64,000 nt of DNA. It comes from Candidatus Spongiisociaceae bacterium (GTDB lineage: Bacteria; Actinomycetota; Acidimicrobiia; Spongiisociales; Spongiisociaceae). How positions within the stretch are numbered: the stretch's first letter is position 1; every line of letters starts with the position of its first letter. Under the pieces are notes generated by a model. The model was not told where the DNA came from and searched no databases. It saw nothing but the letters and a program-made list of their open reading frames with translations. The position numbers were made by a program, and so were the translations under genes. Of the stretch, positions 39,639 to 50,128 are shown piece by piece. The DNA lies in the NCBI GenBank assembly GCA_965262915.1, contig OZ253564.1, positions 1,152,001-1,216,000 of the forward strand, written 5' to 3'.

Positions 39639-40629
39639 ATGTCTGAACCCGGAACCGCTCTCGGAGTCTCCATATGCGGGGTCGAGAACCTGGAGCACGC
39701 GCTGGGGTACTACCGCGACCTGGTCGGCTTGGATGTCGTTGATCGGGAGCCCTGGTCCGGGAAGCAGTTCGAGGATCACTGGCACCTGCCTGCGGGGAGT
39801 TCAGCCCGGACCGCCCTGCTTGGCTTCGGTGACAGCCCCGTGGGTCGGGTGCTGCTGCTCGAGTTCGACGCTTCCCACCGCCTTCGGGTGCGACCGCACA
39901 GCGAGCGGGCCTTCTACGGGCTGTTCAACCTCAACTTCTACTGCTATGACATCCCGGCAGCGGTCGTGGAACTGAAGGAACGTGGGTACAACGTGTGGAG
40001 CGAGCCTCACCTACGACGTCTCCGCCCAGGCCGGCCAGCCCACCGAGGTCCTGAACGACGGACCCGACTGTGTGATCATCAACCTGGTGCAGCCCGCCGG
40101 GGGAGGAGGCACCGCGGTTGGTGAGATGAAGGCCTACCTCGACACGCACGGTGTCACCTCCCGCGGCTTCACCGAGGTGGCGACCTCGTCGCACAGAGTC
40201 AAGGAACGCGAGGCGGCTCTCGCGTTCCATCGAGGGGTGTTGGGCCAGGAGGTGTTCATCGACGCCACCTTGGGGTCGGAGACCAGCAACCAGCTGTGGG
40301 GCCTGCCCGACGAGGCCCGCACCAGGGCAACCTTCATGAGGGACGCCCATCCGTTCGGCAAGGTCGTGTTGAGCCAACCTCTCAACTACCGGCCCCCGGA
40401 CTTCGTCCCCCGAGCGGTGGCCCCCAACATCGGCTACCTGGCGATGGTGTTCCCTGTCTCCGATCTCGCCGCTGCACTGGACGCGGCCGATCTGGAACCC
40501 GATGGAGTCATCAACCCTCCGACCGATCTGATCATCCCAGGAGTCGGGAGCCGGACCGTGGCCGTCATTTGCGCCCCCGGAAGCGGCGCCCGCTACGAAC
40601 TCATGGAGGATGACGTTCCTCGACCCTAG
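39639..40629 (+). pseudogene. Two-domain VOC protein, frameshifted near 40005
   Basis: N-half in ORF 39531..40124 (from MSEPG), C-half in 39982..40629; RAVAPNIG shared with the 45151 paralogue. Confidence 0.8.
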
Positions 40630-40705
40630 ATGACGTTCCTCGATCCTATAGGTCCGCTCGGTAGTTACCCGGCTAGTTCATGGCTATGCGTATGCGGACC
40701 TACCC

Positions 40706-40832
40706 CTGGGAGGGTGCTGAAAAACATAGGAGCATCCCCGGACAAGGGGGTTCGCTCGGTAGCGCACAACTCTCTTACTAGGTGGTTTGCCACTAGCGAA
40801 CCCCGCAAGGTTCGTTCTTCGCACCCTCCTAG
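40706..40832. mobile_element. Family A-related MITE (119 bp core)
   Basis: CTGG-GAGGGTGCTGAAAAAC...GTTCTTCGCACCCTC-CTAG; internal GGGGTTCGCT/AGCGAACCCC hairpin. Confidence 0.75.
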
Positions 40833-40853
40833 ATCGCTACATGTACACAGGCT

Positions 40854-41144
40854 CTACGCGACTGTCGACAGACGTTCTACTTCAATGTGATGAGCGTTCC
40901 TTAGAGCCCGGGCGAGGTCGTAGGCTGCCTGGAGTCGGTACCACGTGTGGGCACCTCCACCGAATGCCTTGTCAAGCCGGATCGCCATCTCGGGCGAGAT
41001 GCCCGAACGGCCATTGACCACATCCGATAGTTGTTTACGACTGACACCTAGCTTCTTCGCCGCTTCCGTCACGCTGAGCCCCAGCGGCTCCAAGCAGTCG
41101 TGACGGACGGAGAATCCAGGATGGGGCGGATCTTTCATCGGCAT
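40854..41144 (-). CDS. higA: HigA family antitoxin
   Basis: [38 protein letters not shown]. Confidence 0.93.
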   Translation of the reverse strand: MPMKDPPHPGFSVRHDCLEPLGLSVTEAAKKLGVSRKQLSDVVNGRSGISPEMAIRLDKAFGGGAHTWYRLQAAYDLARALRNAHHIEVERLSTVA

Positions 41145-41158
41145 TGTCGCGTCCTCCT

Positions 41159-41437
41159 TCAGTGGTAGTCGACCAAGTCCACTTCAGTCGCATGTCCCCC
41201 CTCGAACCGAAACACGATGCGCCAACCGCCGGACACGCTTACGGCCCAGTACCCGGCAAGGTCCCCTTTCAGCGGATGGAGGTGGAAGCCCGGCAGATCC
41301 ATGCTCCTGACAGCGGTTGCCTCATCGAGACGCGCCAAGATCCGCTCGATCTTGGCAACGTACGCTGGCGGTATGCGACGCCGATCCCCCTTTTCGTAGA
41401 GAAGCTTCAGGCCCTTGTGGCGGAATCGGATGATCAC
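41159..41437 (-). CDS. higB: HigB/RelE-like toxin
   Basis: [37 protein letters not shown]. Confidence 0.93.
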   Translation of the reverse strand: MIIRFRHKGLKLLYEKGDRRRIPPAYVAKIERILARLDEATAVRSMDLPGFHLHPLKGDLAGYWAVSVSGGWRIVFRFEGGHATEVDLVDYH

Positions 41438-41443
41438 TCAGGT

Positions 41444-41472
41444 AGTGTAACCTGTCACCTCTCAGGTGACAA
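41444..41472 (-). promoter_or_regulatory. Leaderless higBA promoter with overlapping palindromic operator
   Basis: TTGTCA-N17-TACACT, 6 nt before the GTG; TGTCACCT-ctc-AGGTGACA palindrome at 41453-41471. Confidence 0.75.
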
Positions 41473-41843
41473 TACTGTCGTTGTGACTCAGCCTGTCTAC
41501 CGGAAGGGTTGGCGTGTGGCCTGTGGCGTGGATCCGCCCCAGCACAGCCCACACGTTCCGTATGGCCAACGGATCGCCATCTCGGTCGGGTAGCCTCACA
41601 TCTGAACCCTGTATCCGAATTCCGTCCCGGCGCCTGCCCACCAGAGCATGGTCTTAGGGAGTCACGGACGGGGGCGGCTTTCGTTTCACATCAGGGCAGC
41701 TTCCCGGGCACCAGAGACATAGGGGGAATACTGGGGGCTCCCCGATCTGCCCCTTCAGTCGGGCAGAGGCGCTCAGCGAACTGTTGGTGGAGCTGGCAGC
41801 AGGCAGGGCAACGCGCAGGTACGTTTCCTCTCGCGGTTGATGC

Positions 41844-42848
41844 TCAGACCGGAGGTGGTGGAGGTGTTAGCGGGGTGTAATCGGCCGCCAGCAGCGCCTT
41901 TCCGGACCGGCTCCGTAGAGCGGCCGCCACGCCCACCAGGGTTATGGTGCCCCCGCCGACATGGGTAAGGGTCACGGCTTCGCCTAGGAAGAACCACGCC
42001 ATGGCCGCTGCCAGGAAGGGGAGCGAAAGGTTCATCAGCGGCGGTACGTTGGCCGGGACCCAGCGGAGGCTCCAGGTAAGGAGGATGGCACCGATGCCGC
42101 CCGGCAGGACCACCACGCCAAGTACCTGGAGCATGTCCGGGCCGGTCACATCCCAGATGTCCTGACGGGTGGCGAGACAGAACAATGAAACGAACAGAGC
42201 GCTGACGAGGAGCATGCCCATCGTCAACGGAATGGTCTGCATGGTTCCCCGGGCCAGCTTCACGGTCACGAACTGCAGCGACCAGGAAACGACGGACAGC
42301 GCCCCCAGGGCGATGCCGAGTGGGCTTCCGTCCGGCCCCGTCGAGCCGCCGAGAATCACCACCGAGGACCCGAGGATCGCCACCAAGGTCCACAGACGGA
42401 AACGCATTCCGGGACGCTCCCCGAACAGAGGGATCGCCCACAGAGCGATGAAGACCGGATTGAGCATCGTCAGCAACGACACGTCGGCCACAGAGGTGAA
42501 CTTGACCGCAGTCATGAACATCGTGGTCGAGGCGGCGTGGAACAGGCCGGCCAGAGCAGGAATCTTCCACTCGCGGCCTCGCGGTAGGGCGAGGTCGAAG
42601 CGCCCGGCGAGCGCAACCGCGGCGAAGGTAACCACGACCCCGATCCAGGACCTCCAGAACGAGAAAACCGGGCCGGTTGTGGAAGACGCCTGCACGAAGA
42701 CCGGAGCGGTGCTGAAGGCCACCACCGATGTGCCGATCAGGATGAGAGGCCTGCGAGAGCCGAGGTTCCGCAGCTCCTTGATGGCCGCCGGGGGATTCAA
42801 CAAGCTTCTCGTACGAGCGCTGCTGGACGGGTGATCGGTCTCAGCCAC
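41844..42848 (-). CDS. DMT/EamA family transporter
   Basis: 10 TM segments in two repeats, LNPVF...FGERP, FLGE. Confidence 0.9.
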   Translation of the reverse strand: MAETDHPSSSARTRSLLNPPAAIKELRNLGSRRPLILIGTSVVAFSTAPVFVQASSTTGPVFSFWRSWIGVVVTFAAVALAGRFDLALPRGREWKIPALAGLFHAASTTMFMTAVKFTSVADVSLLTMLNPVFIALWAIPLFGERPGMRFRLWTLVAILGSSVVILGGSTGPDGSPLGIALGALSVVSWSLQFVTVKLARGTMQTIPLTMGMLLVSALFVSLFCLATRQDIWDVTGPDMLQVLGVVVLPGGIGAILLTWSLRWVPANVPPLMNLSLPFLAAAMAWFFLGEAVTLTHVGGGTITLVGVAAALRSRSGKALLAADYTPLTPPPPPV

Positions 42849-43019
42849 CGAGGCTCACGATTATCCAGGTTGGCGTCACTCGTTCCTTCGCCGTTCCCTA
42901 GCCGTCCGGCCGTGAGTGCCAGGTGGTTCATCAGGTGCCGGGACCAAGGCAAGGCATGGGTATACGAGTAATCCAGCATCTGTTCCCGTGTTGGAGCACA
43001 CCGGTCCCGGATCGCCCGC

Positions 43020-43975
43020 TCAGAGGAACTGCCGGATCTCGAAGCGCTCCTCGTTGGGACCGGCCAGGATCGCGATCCTGTATCGATCGGATCCCACCAC
43101 GACTTCGGCGGGACCGGCGAGGATCTCTTGGGGACTCGCTCGGCCGACGACCGCGTCCAAGTCCTCCACATCGTGGGTGTAGAGAGAGATGCCGAGGTTA
43201 CGCGGATGCATCCGGCCGGCCAGCCGAGGCCCGGTGCCTTCGTAGAAGTGGACCAGCAGGTACTTGCCGCTCGGGTCCGGTGGGGCGTTGAAGACGAGGA
43301 AGTGCATGGGTGTCCGCGCGGAGCCCCGACTAGCTCATTGGCGACCTCGAGCAGGTCGTCGGCCACATCGGCGGCACTGCGGACGTTCATCCCCAGTACC
43401 TCCCCGTAGAACCGCCTGCTGCGATCCGGGTCGTCACAAATCACCGAGACTGTTGCGATCTCGCTGTAGCGGGCGCCGGGCGGCTGCACCCGGTGGGAGC
43501 TGGCGGGGTGGTTGACCACCACCATGAGCAGGGACGGAACCCCGTCCGGGCCGGTGAAGAGGAGTTCCTCGGTCTCGGTGGGCCCGATCACGTAGTGGAT
43601 GGGTCGCGATCTAGGCGGGAATCCGGCCGCAGTCATCTCGGCGATGGCTTCATCCAGATCGTGGTTCACGTAGAAATCGATGGCCTTCGGGCCGACATCC
43701 ACCGCCGAGTCCGGGCCGTCGAAGTCGTCTCGGACCCGTCGCGTGGCGGCGGGCTCATGTTCCACCAGCCTCAGTTGCCCGCTCGGGTATCCCTGGTAGG
43801 AGAGGTGAGTCACCTGCGCTGAGACGCTCCCGTTGAGTTCCCAAAGATCGAGGAGATCAGGGCTCGCTTCCCACTCGGCCTCGATACGGAGTCCGACCAC
43901 ATCCCGGAACAGGCGCAGGGCATCCTCGGTGTCGGTCACACCGATAGTCACGATTCGTAGCGGCCCAACGGACAT
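43020..43975 (-). pseudogene. Two-domain VOC protein, frameshifted near 43312
   Basis: VTIGVTD...FRDVVG, TGPDG; C-terminus (MHFLVF...GPNEERFE) in another frame. Confidence 0.8.
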
Positions 43976-44005
43976 CCCGGACCTTCCCAGAGAGCGCGAC
44001 CTATC

Positions 44006-45026
44006 TTATTGTCGGGGATCTCCGAGGATCGCGCTGCGCAGTTCGGTCCGGGCGGTCCGAACATCATCCGGGGTGAGGCCGAACGCTTCCGGCATGTGCG
44101 AGTAGAAGTTCCCGCAGTTGACCGGAACCACCTCTTCCACCTCGCCGATGGCGTCGAGATCCGCCCGTACCCGGTCGGGCGTACTGACCAGAACGAAGTC
44201 GCGTACCAGGTCGTCGGGCAGCAGCCGGCCGGCTTCTGTCCAGAGTTCCCTCTCGACGAGAACGACGAACTCGTTCCTGAACTCCTCTCCGGCTGCGTCG
44301 GCGAGGCGGGCCCATGTACCAAGCGCGCGACATGGCGATCGTGAGATCGGCACGGACCCTTAGGAGGGCTTCCTCCTCGTCCCGGTGGACCGACACCACC
44401 ATCCCGGTGCTCAGGTGGAACGGGGCGGCCGCATCCCGGGCCCCGGCAACGATGGACACGCGGTTGCGCATGACGCGGCGAGCCGTCATGAGGTGCATGA
44501 CCAGCCCGTCGGTGGCTGTAGCCGCTCACTGAACCGTGCGAGGGCCTTGCGCACCGGTCACCACGGGTACCCGGCTCCTATCGAGGCCCAACCCGGTAGA
44601 GGCGGCCCGGTAGTGCTCAGTGGTCATCTCGACCGGCTCGCCGGCTGGTCCCCGCAACACCCCGAGGACACACTCGGTGAAGTTGCGCAGGCGTCCGAGC
44701 GATGGCCGGTATCCGACGCCGAGGGCATGTTCGTTGGTTGTGGGTGTGCCGATCCCCAGCCCGAGCGTGAAGGTGCGTCCGAACCCGGCGATGCCGGCGG
44801 TGGCGAGGGCGGTCTGCAGGGGTGATCGGGTAGGGAGGGCCACGCCTATGCCGAGCGATACGTGGTCGGTGGCCGCAACCGCCAGAGCTGCGTCCACGAA
44901 GCCGTCCCGCCCAGGGATGTCGGCCGAAAGTATGCTGCTCACCCCAGCTTTCTCGGCGCGGGCACAGTCCTCGTACCAGTCACGGGATGTTTCTGACAGG
45001 GCTCTCGAATAGCCGACGGATGCCAT
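44006..45026 (-). pseudogene. LLM class oxidoreductase with in-frame TGA (44526-44528) and a frameshift near 44310
   Basis: RDGFV..A...ATDHVSLGIGVA..TRSP, FTLGLG, GAQGPRTVQ*AATATDG. Confidence 0.8.
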
Positions 45027-45069
45027 GGATACCCTCGATGTCGTCGGGGTTAGAGTCAGCCCGGCCAGC

Positions 45070-45141
45070 CTAGTGGTATGTCTGTGAAATGGCGTCGATG
45101 GCAAGCAGAGCACGGTAGGTTGTTTTGCAGACAGGGCACAA
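45070..45141. mobile_element. Family B MITE (short form)
   Basis: CTAGTGGTATGTCTGTGAAA...GTTTTGCAGACAGGGCAC; right half matches the reverse complement of 33718-33768. Confidence 0.78.
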
Positions 45142-45150
45142 GGAGGGACG

Positions 45151-46077
45151 TTGATCTCACCCATATCGGTTGCAACGGTCGGAGTCACCGACCTCGAGGT
45201 CTCTGTCCACTTCTACCGGTCTCTCCTGGAATGGGAAGTTGTAGCCACAGGAGAGGTGGGAGGCCCTGATCTCGAGGCCCTGTGGCGTATGTCGCCGGGT
45301 CTGAGCGGACGGGCCACGGTAGTCGGCGCTCCGGGTCTGGAACTGGGGCGGGTTCGCCTCGTGGAATGGGACCGGCCCGGCGAGCTGGTTCGGGATCCCG
45401 CCCGCAACCAGGACTTCGGCCACTACGCGCTGAACTTCCGCGTCGAGGACTTGCAGGACGTGTGGGAAGGGCTGGAGGACATAGGCGGTAGCGCTCGGTC
45501 GAGGCCTAACACGTGGGTGGTGGCCGAAGGCATACTCGCCCACGACTCGCTGTGCTACGACCCCGACGGCATCACCTGCGACGTGTTCGAGCTTCCCGAC
45601 GAGGGCCCGCTCGGCCCGCTGGGTGATCGTGCCTCCAGCGAGCTGCAGACGATGGCCATCCGCCCCCGTGACATCGCTGCCTCGGCCGCCTTCTATACCG
45701 GGCTGGGCTACGAGACATGGTACGACCAGAAGACCGACGGGATCGAGGGATTCCTCCACCTGCCGGAGGGCACCACCCTCCACAACGTCAACTTCCACAT
45801 GCCTTCGCAAAGCCGCAACGGACGGGTCGAGTTGGCCGCTTACCTGGGCTTTCCGGGCGTCCCGACTTCGCATCGAGCCGTCCCGCCCAACATCGGGATC
45901 ATGTCGATCACCTTCGAGAGCGACGACTTCGACCGGGACGCGGAACTGGCCGAGGAACTCGGAGCCACGATGGTCGCCCCGTCGCGCCAGGTCGAGGTCG
46001 GTCCCTACGGCGCCACCCGTGTAGCTACCTACCTGGGTCCGGACGGCGAGGCCATCGAACTGGTCGACATCGGATGA
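45151..46077 (+). CDS. Two-domain VOC/glyoxalase protein
   Basis: AGGAGG RBS, ATVGVTDLE....FY, YDPDG, GPDGEAIEL. Confidence 0.88.
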   Translation: MISPISVATVGVTDLEVSVHFYRSLLEWEVVATGEVGGPDLEALWRMSPGLSGRATVVGAPGLELGRVRLVEWDRPGELVRDPARNQDFGHYALNFRVEDLQDVWEGLEDIGGSARSRPNTWVVAEGILAHDSLCYDPDGITCDVFELPDEGPLGPLGDRASSELQTMAIRPRDIAASAAFYTGLGYETWYDQKTDGIEGFLHLPEGTTLHNVNFHMPSQSRNGRVELAAYLGFPGVPTSHRAVPPNIGIMSITFESDDFDRDAELAEELGATMVAPSRQVEVGPYGATRVATYLGPDGEAIELVDIG

Positions 46078-46646
46078 GCATCCCGGGCGTGCCCTTCGAG
46101 GAGATGGACCCGGCGATGCGCCGCCGGGCGGAGGTGGCAGCCGAGCTGACCGGTGACATACGTTTCATCCGGGCCATAGCGGCAGTTCCTCATATGGCCG
46201 ACTTCTACTTCGGCAACTTCTACGAGCATGTGTTCTTCGGCGGCGACGTGCCGATCGTGACCAAGGAGTTGGTCCGCCTGCGCCTCTCGAACCTGCACGG
46301 CTGCGCCTTCTGAAACCACACCAATCCCGTCTCGGCGAGACGGCAGGGAGTAACCGAAGAGCAGATCGCAGCAGTGGCCGGCGACATCTGGTCGGGTCCG
46401 TTCACCGAGGCGGAGAAGGCGGCGCTGGCCACCGTGCTTTCCAACGCAGTACAGGACGGGGTGGTTGACGAGGAACTGGCGACCGAACTCCGCCGTCACT
46501 ACCCCGACGGGCAGATCATGGAGCTAGCGATGGCGATCGCCATACTGGTCGGGATGGCCCGCCTGCTGTTCGCATTCGATCTCGCCGACCGCGAGTTGGC
46601 ATGTCCCGTCGGGCGCCTCTCCGATAATCGAAGCATAGGTGACTGA
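46074..46646 (+). CDS. AhpD/carboxymuconolactone-decarboxylase-like protein, probable selenoprotein (CxxU)
   Basis: KELVRLRLSNLHGCAF-UGA-NHT; frame continues into FTEAEKAAL...QIMEL; hairpin after the UGA. Confidence 0.8.
46311..46343 (+). promoter_or_regulatory. Candidate bacterial SECIS element
   Basis: UGA at 46311; stem CCGTCTC/GAGACGG with GGC loop starting 20 nt after the UGA. Confidence 0.65.
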
Positions 46647-46664
46647 GGTGTTCCTCTGGTCCGA

Positions 46665-47675
46665 TCAATGGAGTTGGGTGTAGCCGGGTACTTTTTCGTA
46701 GGGACTGTCCAGATAGACCTTTGCCTCGGGCGCGCCACTGAAACGACCGTGGCTCCACCGTACCTCTACATGGCCATCCACGCGGATAGCCGTACCCGAA
46801 TACTTGTCGGTTAGCTCGGACCACCACCTGATCATTGGCTGCCCAGCGTTGAGGTCCGGGCGCACGTCTAAGGATCGGAAGGTGTAGCGGCGCCGGAAGT
46901 CCCATGGAGTGTCAACTCGGTAGCGCATCGGAAGCTTCGTAGACGCAGCACCCAAGATGAAGTAGGGTGCCGACTGCAGCCTCAGTAGCCGCCACAGAGT
47001 CTCCTCCCTGACCTTCTTACGTTTACCCAAGGCTTTTTGCCACCGCGCAGCAGAGGTCCGCGAAACGGCGATGCAAAACCGCTGGTACGGATCCATGAGG
47101 GTCTCCGGCCAGTGTCGCTTGAACTCCTCTTTCAATCGAACGCGATCCTGCTTCGTCAGATCACCGACTGATCCTGGTAGATTCGCAGTACCCAAATAAC
47201 TCCGGCACGCTCGGTAGAGATCCTGGTACTCGGCCGGGGCCACCTCGGAGTACCAATTCACCGGTGGCCCGTGGCGTGCGGCGAGCAACCGGACGAAGAG
47301 GTGAGAAGGTGATGCGTTATACAAGACCTTCGACATGTATTTGCAGCTCACCAGGTAGACATAGTCCACCCGGAGATCGGCAGGTACCTGCTCGTAACCC
47401 GGGGCCTTGTGACTCCCCTTCCATTCCACGCGGAGCGGTTTTCGGTTGCGGAGGCCTTCGGACGAAGAAGCGAACATTTCGCCGTTGTTCCAAGCACTGC
47501 TGAACAGCCGCCCGTGCTTCCCCGCTTCTCTGGCTCGTGCTAGACGATCAAAGTTCTCAGCGGTTACGTTCAGGATCTCAGCCGGACCGGTGAGCAGTGC
47601 TGTGTCCAGGGACTCGACCCCGAGCATGCCCAACCCTGTAACGATCTCGGTCAGTTCAGTCCGGAGGCTGGGCAT
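46665..47675 (-). CDS. Hypothetical protein, candidate restriction endonuclease
   Basis: Downstream of the MTase; PADLRVDYVYLVSCK resembles a PD-(D/E)xK variant. Confidence 0.5.
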   Translation of the reverse strand: MPSLRTELTEIVTGLGMLGVESLDTALLTGPAEILNVTAENFDRLARAREAGKHGRLFSSAWNNGEMFASSSEGLRNRKPLRVEWKGSHKAPGYEQVPADLRVDYVYLVSCKYMSKVLYNASPSHLFVRLLAARHGPPVNWYSEVAPAEYQDLYRACRSYLGTANLPGSVGDLTKQDRVRLKEEFKRHWPETLMDPYQRFCIAVSRTSAARWQKALGKRKKVREETLWRLLRLQSAPYFILGAASTKLPMRYRVDTPWDFRRRYTFRSLDVRPDLNAGQPMIRWWSELTDKYSGTAIRVDGHVEVRWSHGRFSGAPEAKVYLDSPYEKVPGYTQLH

Positions 47676-47715
47676 CGATGCTGGACTGTCTCAATCTCCG
47701 AAGGTCACGCGTCAC

Positions 47716-48690
47716 TTAGGGCCGCTGGCCAGCGAGACCTATCTCTTGACTGGTGCCCCCGGAGTCATCGAGATTGGCGATACGGGCTCTGGCTAGCTTC
47801 ACGTAGTCGGGATCGATGTCATAACCAACGGCGCGGCGGTTGGCCGCCTTGGCCGCCACCAGGGTAGTTCCCGAGCCCATGAACGGATCTAGGACCAGGT
47901 CTCGCTCATAGGTGTAGAGCTGGATAAGGCGCGCCGGTAGCTCAACCGGGAATGGTGCCGGATGGCCGATCCTGCTGGCGTGGGCGGGGGGGATATCCCA
48001 GATGTCGATCGTTGCCTCCATGAACTCGTCGCGGCCGATGGTCGACTCGTACGGCATCTCGTCGGCTCTACGCTGGGCAGCAGTACGGGCTCGGTTGAAG
48101 CGGCCCTTTCCGGCCACGATGATGCGTTCGGTAACGTCTCGCAGAACAGGGTTGGCCGGGCTGCGCCATGATCCCCATGCACATGAGCCGCCCGCGGCCT
48201 TGGCCTTTCTCCAGATGATCTCGCCGCGCAGGAGCAGCCCGAGTTGGTCTTGGAGTATGCCGATCACATCCGCGCTCAAGCTACGGTATGGCTTGCGGCC
48301 GAGGTTGGCGACGTTAATGGCCATCCGACCGCCTGGTTCGAGCACCCGCACGCACTCCCGGAACACGCCGCTCAGCAGCGCCAAGTATTCCACATAGGAT
48401 TCGGGCACCTGCCGACCTGCTACTGCCTGCTCGTACACCTTCCCTACGAAGTAGGGCGGTGAGGTAACTACGAGGGCGACGCAGTTGTCGGGCAGCGCAG
48501 CCATCTCCCGACTGTCACCGTGGATCGGTCGAGGCTCGTCGAAACCCTCGGCGACCTTGACGCGATCGTCGCTCGAGAGTTCCGGTGGAGGGAAACGGGC
48601 GTAGAACGCAGACGCGTCGTGGCCCTCGCGGCGGCCCGATCCGAAACTAGAGGTAGCTGTACTCCGGCGCGTTTGCCGTGCATGATCCAC
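47716..48690 (-). CDS. Site-specific DNA methyltransferase (beta class, N4-C/N6-A)
   Basis: VTSPPY precedes HPAPFP and LDPFMGSGTT. Confidence 0.93.
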   Translation of the reverse strand: MDHARQTRRSTATSSFGSGRREGHDASAFYARFPPPELSSDDRVKVAEGFDEPRPIHGDSREMAALPDNCVALVVTSPPYFVGKVYEQAVAGRQVPESYVEYLALLSGVFRECVRVLEPGGRMAINVANLGRKPYRSLSADVIGILQDQLGLLLRGEIIWRKAKAAGGSCAWGSWRSPANPVLRDVTERIIVAGKGRFNRARTAAQRRADEMPYESTIGRDEFMEATIDIWDIPPAHASRIGHPAPFPVELPARLIQLYTYERDLVLDPFMGSGTTLVAAKAANRRAVGYDIDPDYVKLARARIANLDDSGGTSQEIGLAGQRP

Positions 48691-48845
48691 CCCGCACCTC
48701 CTCCTTGCCTATATTACAGCCTTGTAATTACAAATGTAGCCTCCGTGTGTGACGGGACACCTTGTAAGGGGAAGCCAGGTCTGCGAGATCGAGTGATCAC
48801 GCAAGCACTGCCGTGCTCCGACTGCAGTGACGCTTGCCAGGCATG

Positions 48846-49706
48846 TCAATTACCTGTGATCAGGTACGAGAGTGTGCGGTTGGCGTTCATGGGGGCCCAC
48901 TGCTTGAAGCCGGGCCAGTGGCCGTAGCGAGGCCTCAAGCGTTCGGCCACCCTGGCGCAGGTCTCGTTGCGGACCCGCTCGGTCATCTGCATGCCGTCCT
49001 CGCCGGGTAGGGGTTTCTGGCCACCCATCGAGTCGAACTCCTAGGCGGTGATGCCGATGAGTTCGTGGAAGTAGTTGCGATAGTCGTCGGCCCAGGAGCG
49101 GTCCCCGGGGCCGAGATGGCCACCCATGACGATGTCGAAGTGCTCGTCCTCGAGGGCGTCGAGCGTGGAGACGATCCCGGCCAGATCCGAATCGGCCAGG
49201 TCCCGGTAGGGGGCGACCCCGGGCTCGATCACATCCGAGAAGACCATCAACCTGCCGCCGTCCGTATCGGCGAACAGAGCAATGTTCGAGGTCGAGTGGT
49301 TGGGGCCGAAGTACCGGGTTCTGAACCGCACGTTGCCGAACTGAAGCACCTCCTCGTCGGCGACCAGCCGGGTGGGGATCCGCATGTCGTCGGCCCCTCT
49401 CCGCACGATCCGCTCCGCGGCCAGCGGGTGAGCGATGACTTCGGCGTCCGGATTCAGGACCCGGGCGCCGAAGGCGTGGTCACGATGATCGTGGGTATAG
49501 ACGATGGCTACTACAGGAGCATCGGTGACGGTGGTGATAGCTCTCCGGTAGGTCGCCGCGGCGGTGTCGTTGATCCGGTCGACCGCGCAGACGCCTTCCG
49601 AGCCAACGAAGAACGGGCTGGCGTAGAACCCGGCGCGCCACCTGAATATGTATACGTTCCTGCCCAGGCCCTCGACTTCCCAGTCCGGGTTGGCTTCTGT
49701 CATCAT
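48846..49706 (-). pseudogene. MBL-fold hydrolase paralogue with in-frame TAG at 49041-49043
   Basis: YTHDHRDH; read-through gives ITA*EFDSMGGQKPLPGEDG...ITGN, colinear with 28832-29680. Confidence 0.85.
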
Positions 49707-49759
49707 CCATCCTCGCTCTTGCGGCCCTGCGGGGCGCGCACCACCGACGGATGATAGGT

Positions 49760-50128
49760 TTACGTGGGCACCCGGGTGTTCAGTTCGTATCCCAGGGCGG
49801 TGGCGGTGATGACCTCCCGGCCGGATGCCCCCACCATCTCGCCGACGGCCAGCGCCATGGCCGAGATGGGCGCGAACATGTGAACTCCCCTTCCCTGCTC
49901 CTCGAAGTCGGAGTCCGACGCCATCTGAGAGTTGATTCCTGCTGCGAGCCCCGCGCCGACCCGCCCGCCGTCGCCCACGATGGTCGCCTGGGGGGTTCCG
50001 CCCAACCACCTTCCCAGGGCGGCGAACGGCCGGTCGACGATGTCATAGCTGAAAAACGTGATGGCCAGGTTGTCGAGGGTGGCGCGTTTGATGGTCTCGA
50101 CGGATTCCCGCGGTATGTCCTCGAACAG
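49760..50128 (-). pseudogene. N-terminal fragment of MmgE/PrpD family gene
   Basis: FEDIPRESVETIKRATLDN, ATIVGDG, GASGREVITATALGYE. Confidence 0.7.

Noticed and set aside
41144-41593. Plus-strand ORF opposite higB and other long antisense ORFs in the track
   Set aside because: Shadow frames typical of high-GC DNA
44526-44528. In-frame TGA in the LLM gene (and at 39449) as selenocysteine
   Set aside because: Not at a Cys-type motif and both genes carry other lesions
49041-49043. In-frame TAG as pyrrolysine
   Set aside because: No pyl genes seen; the paralogue has an ordinary residue in this region, so nonsense mutation is simpler
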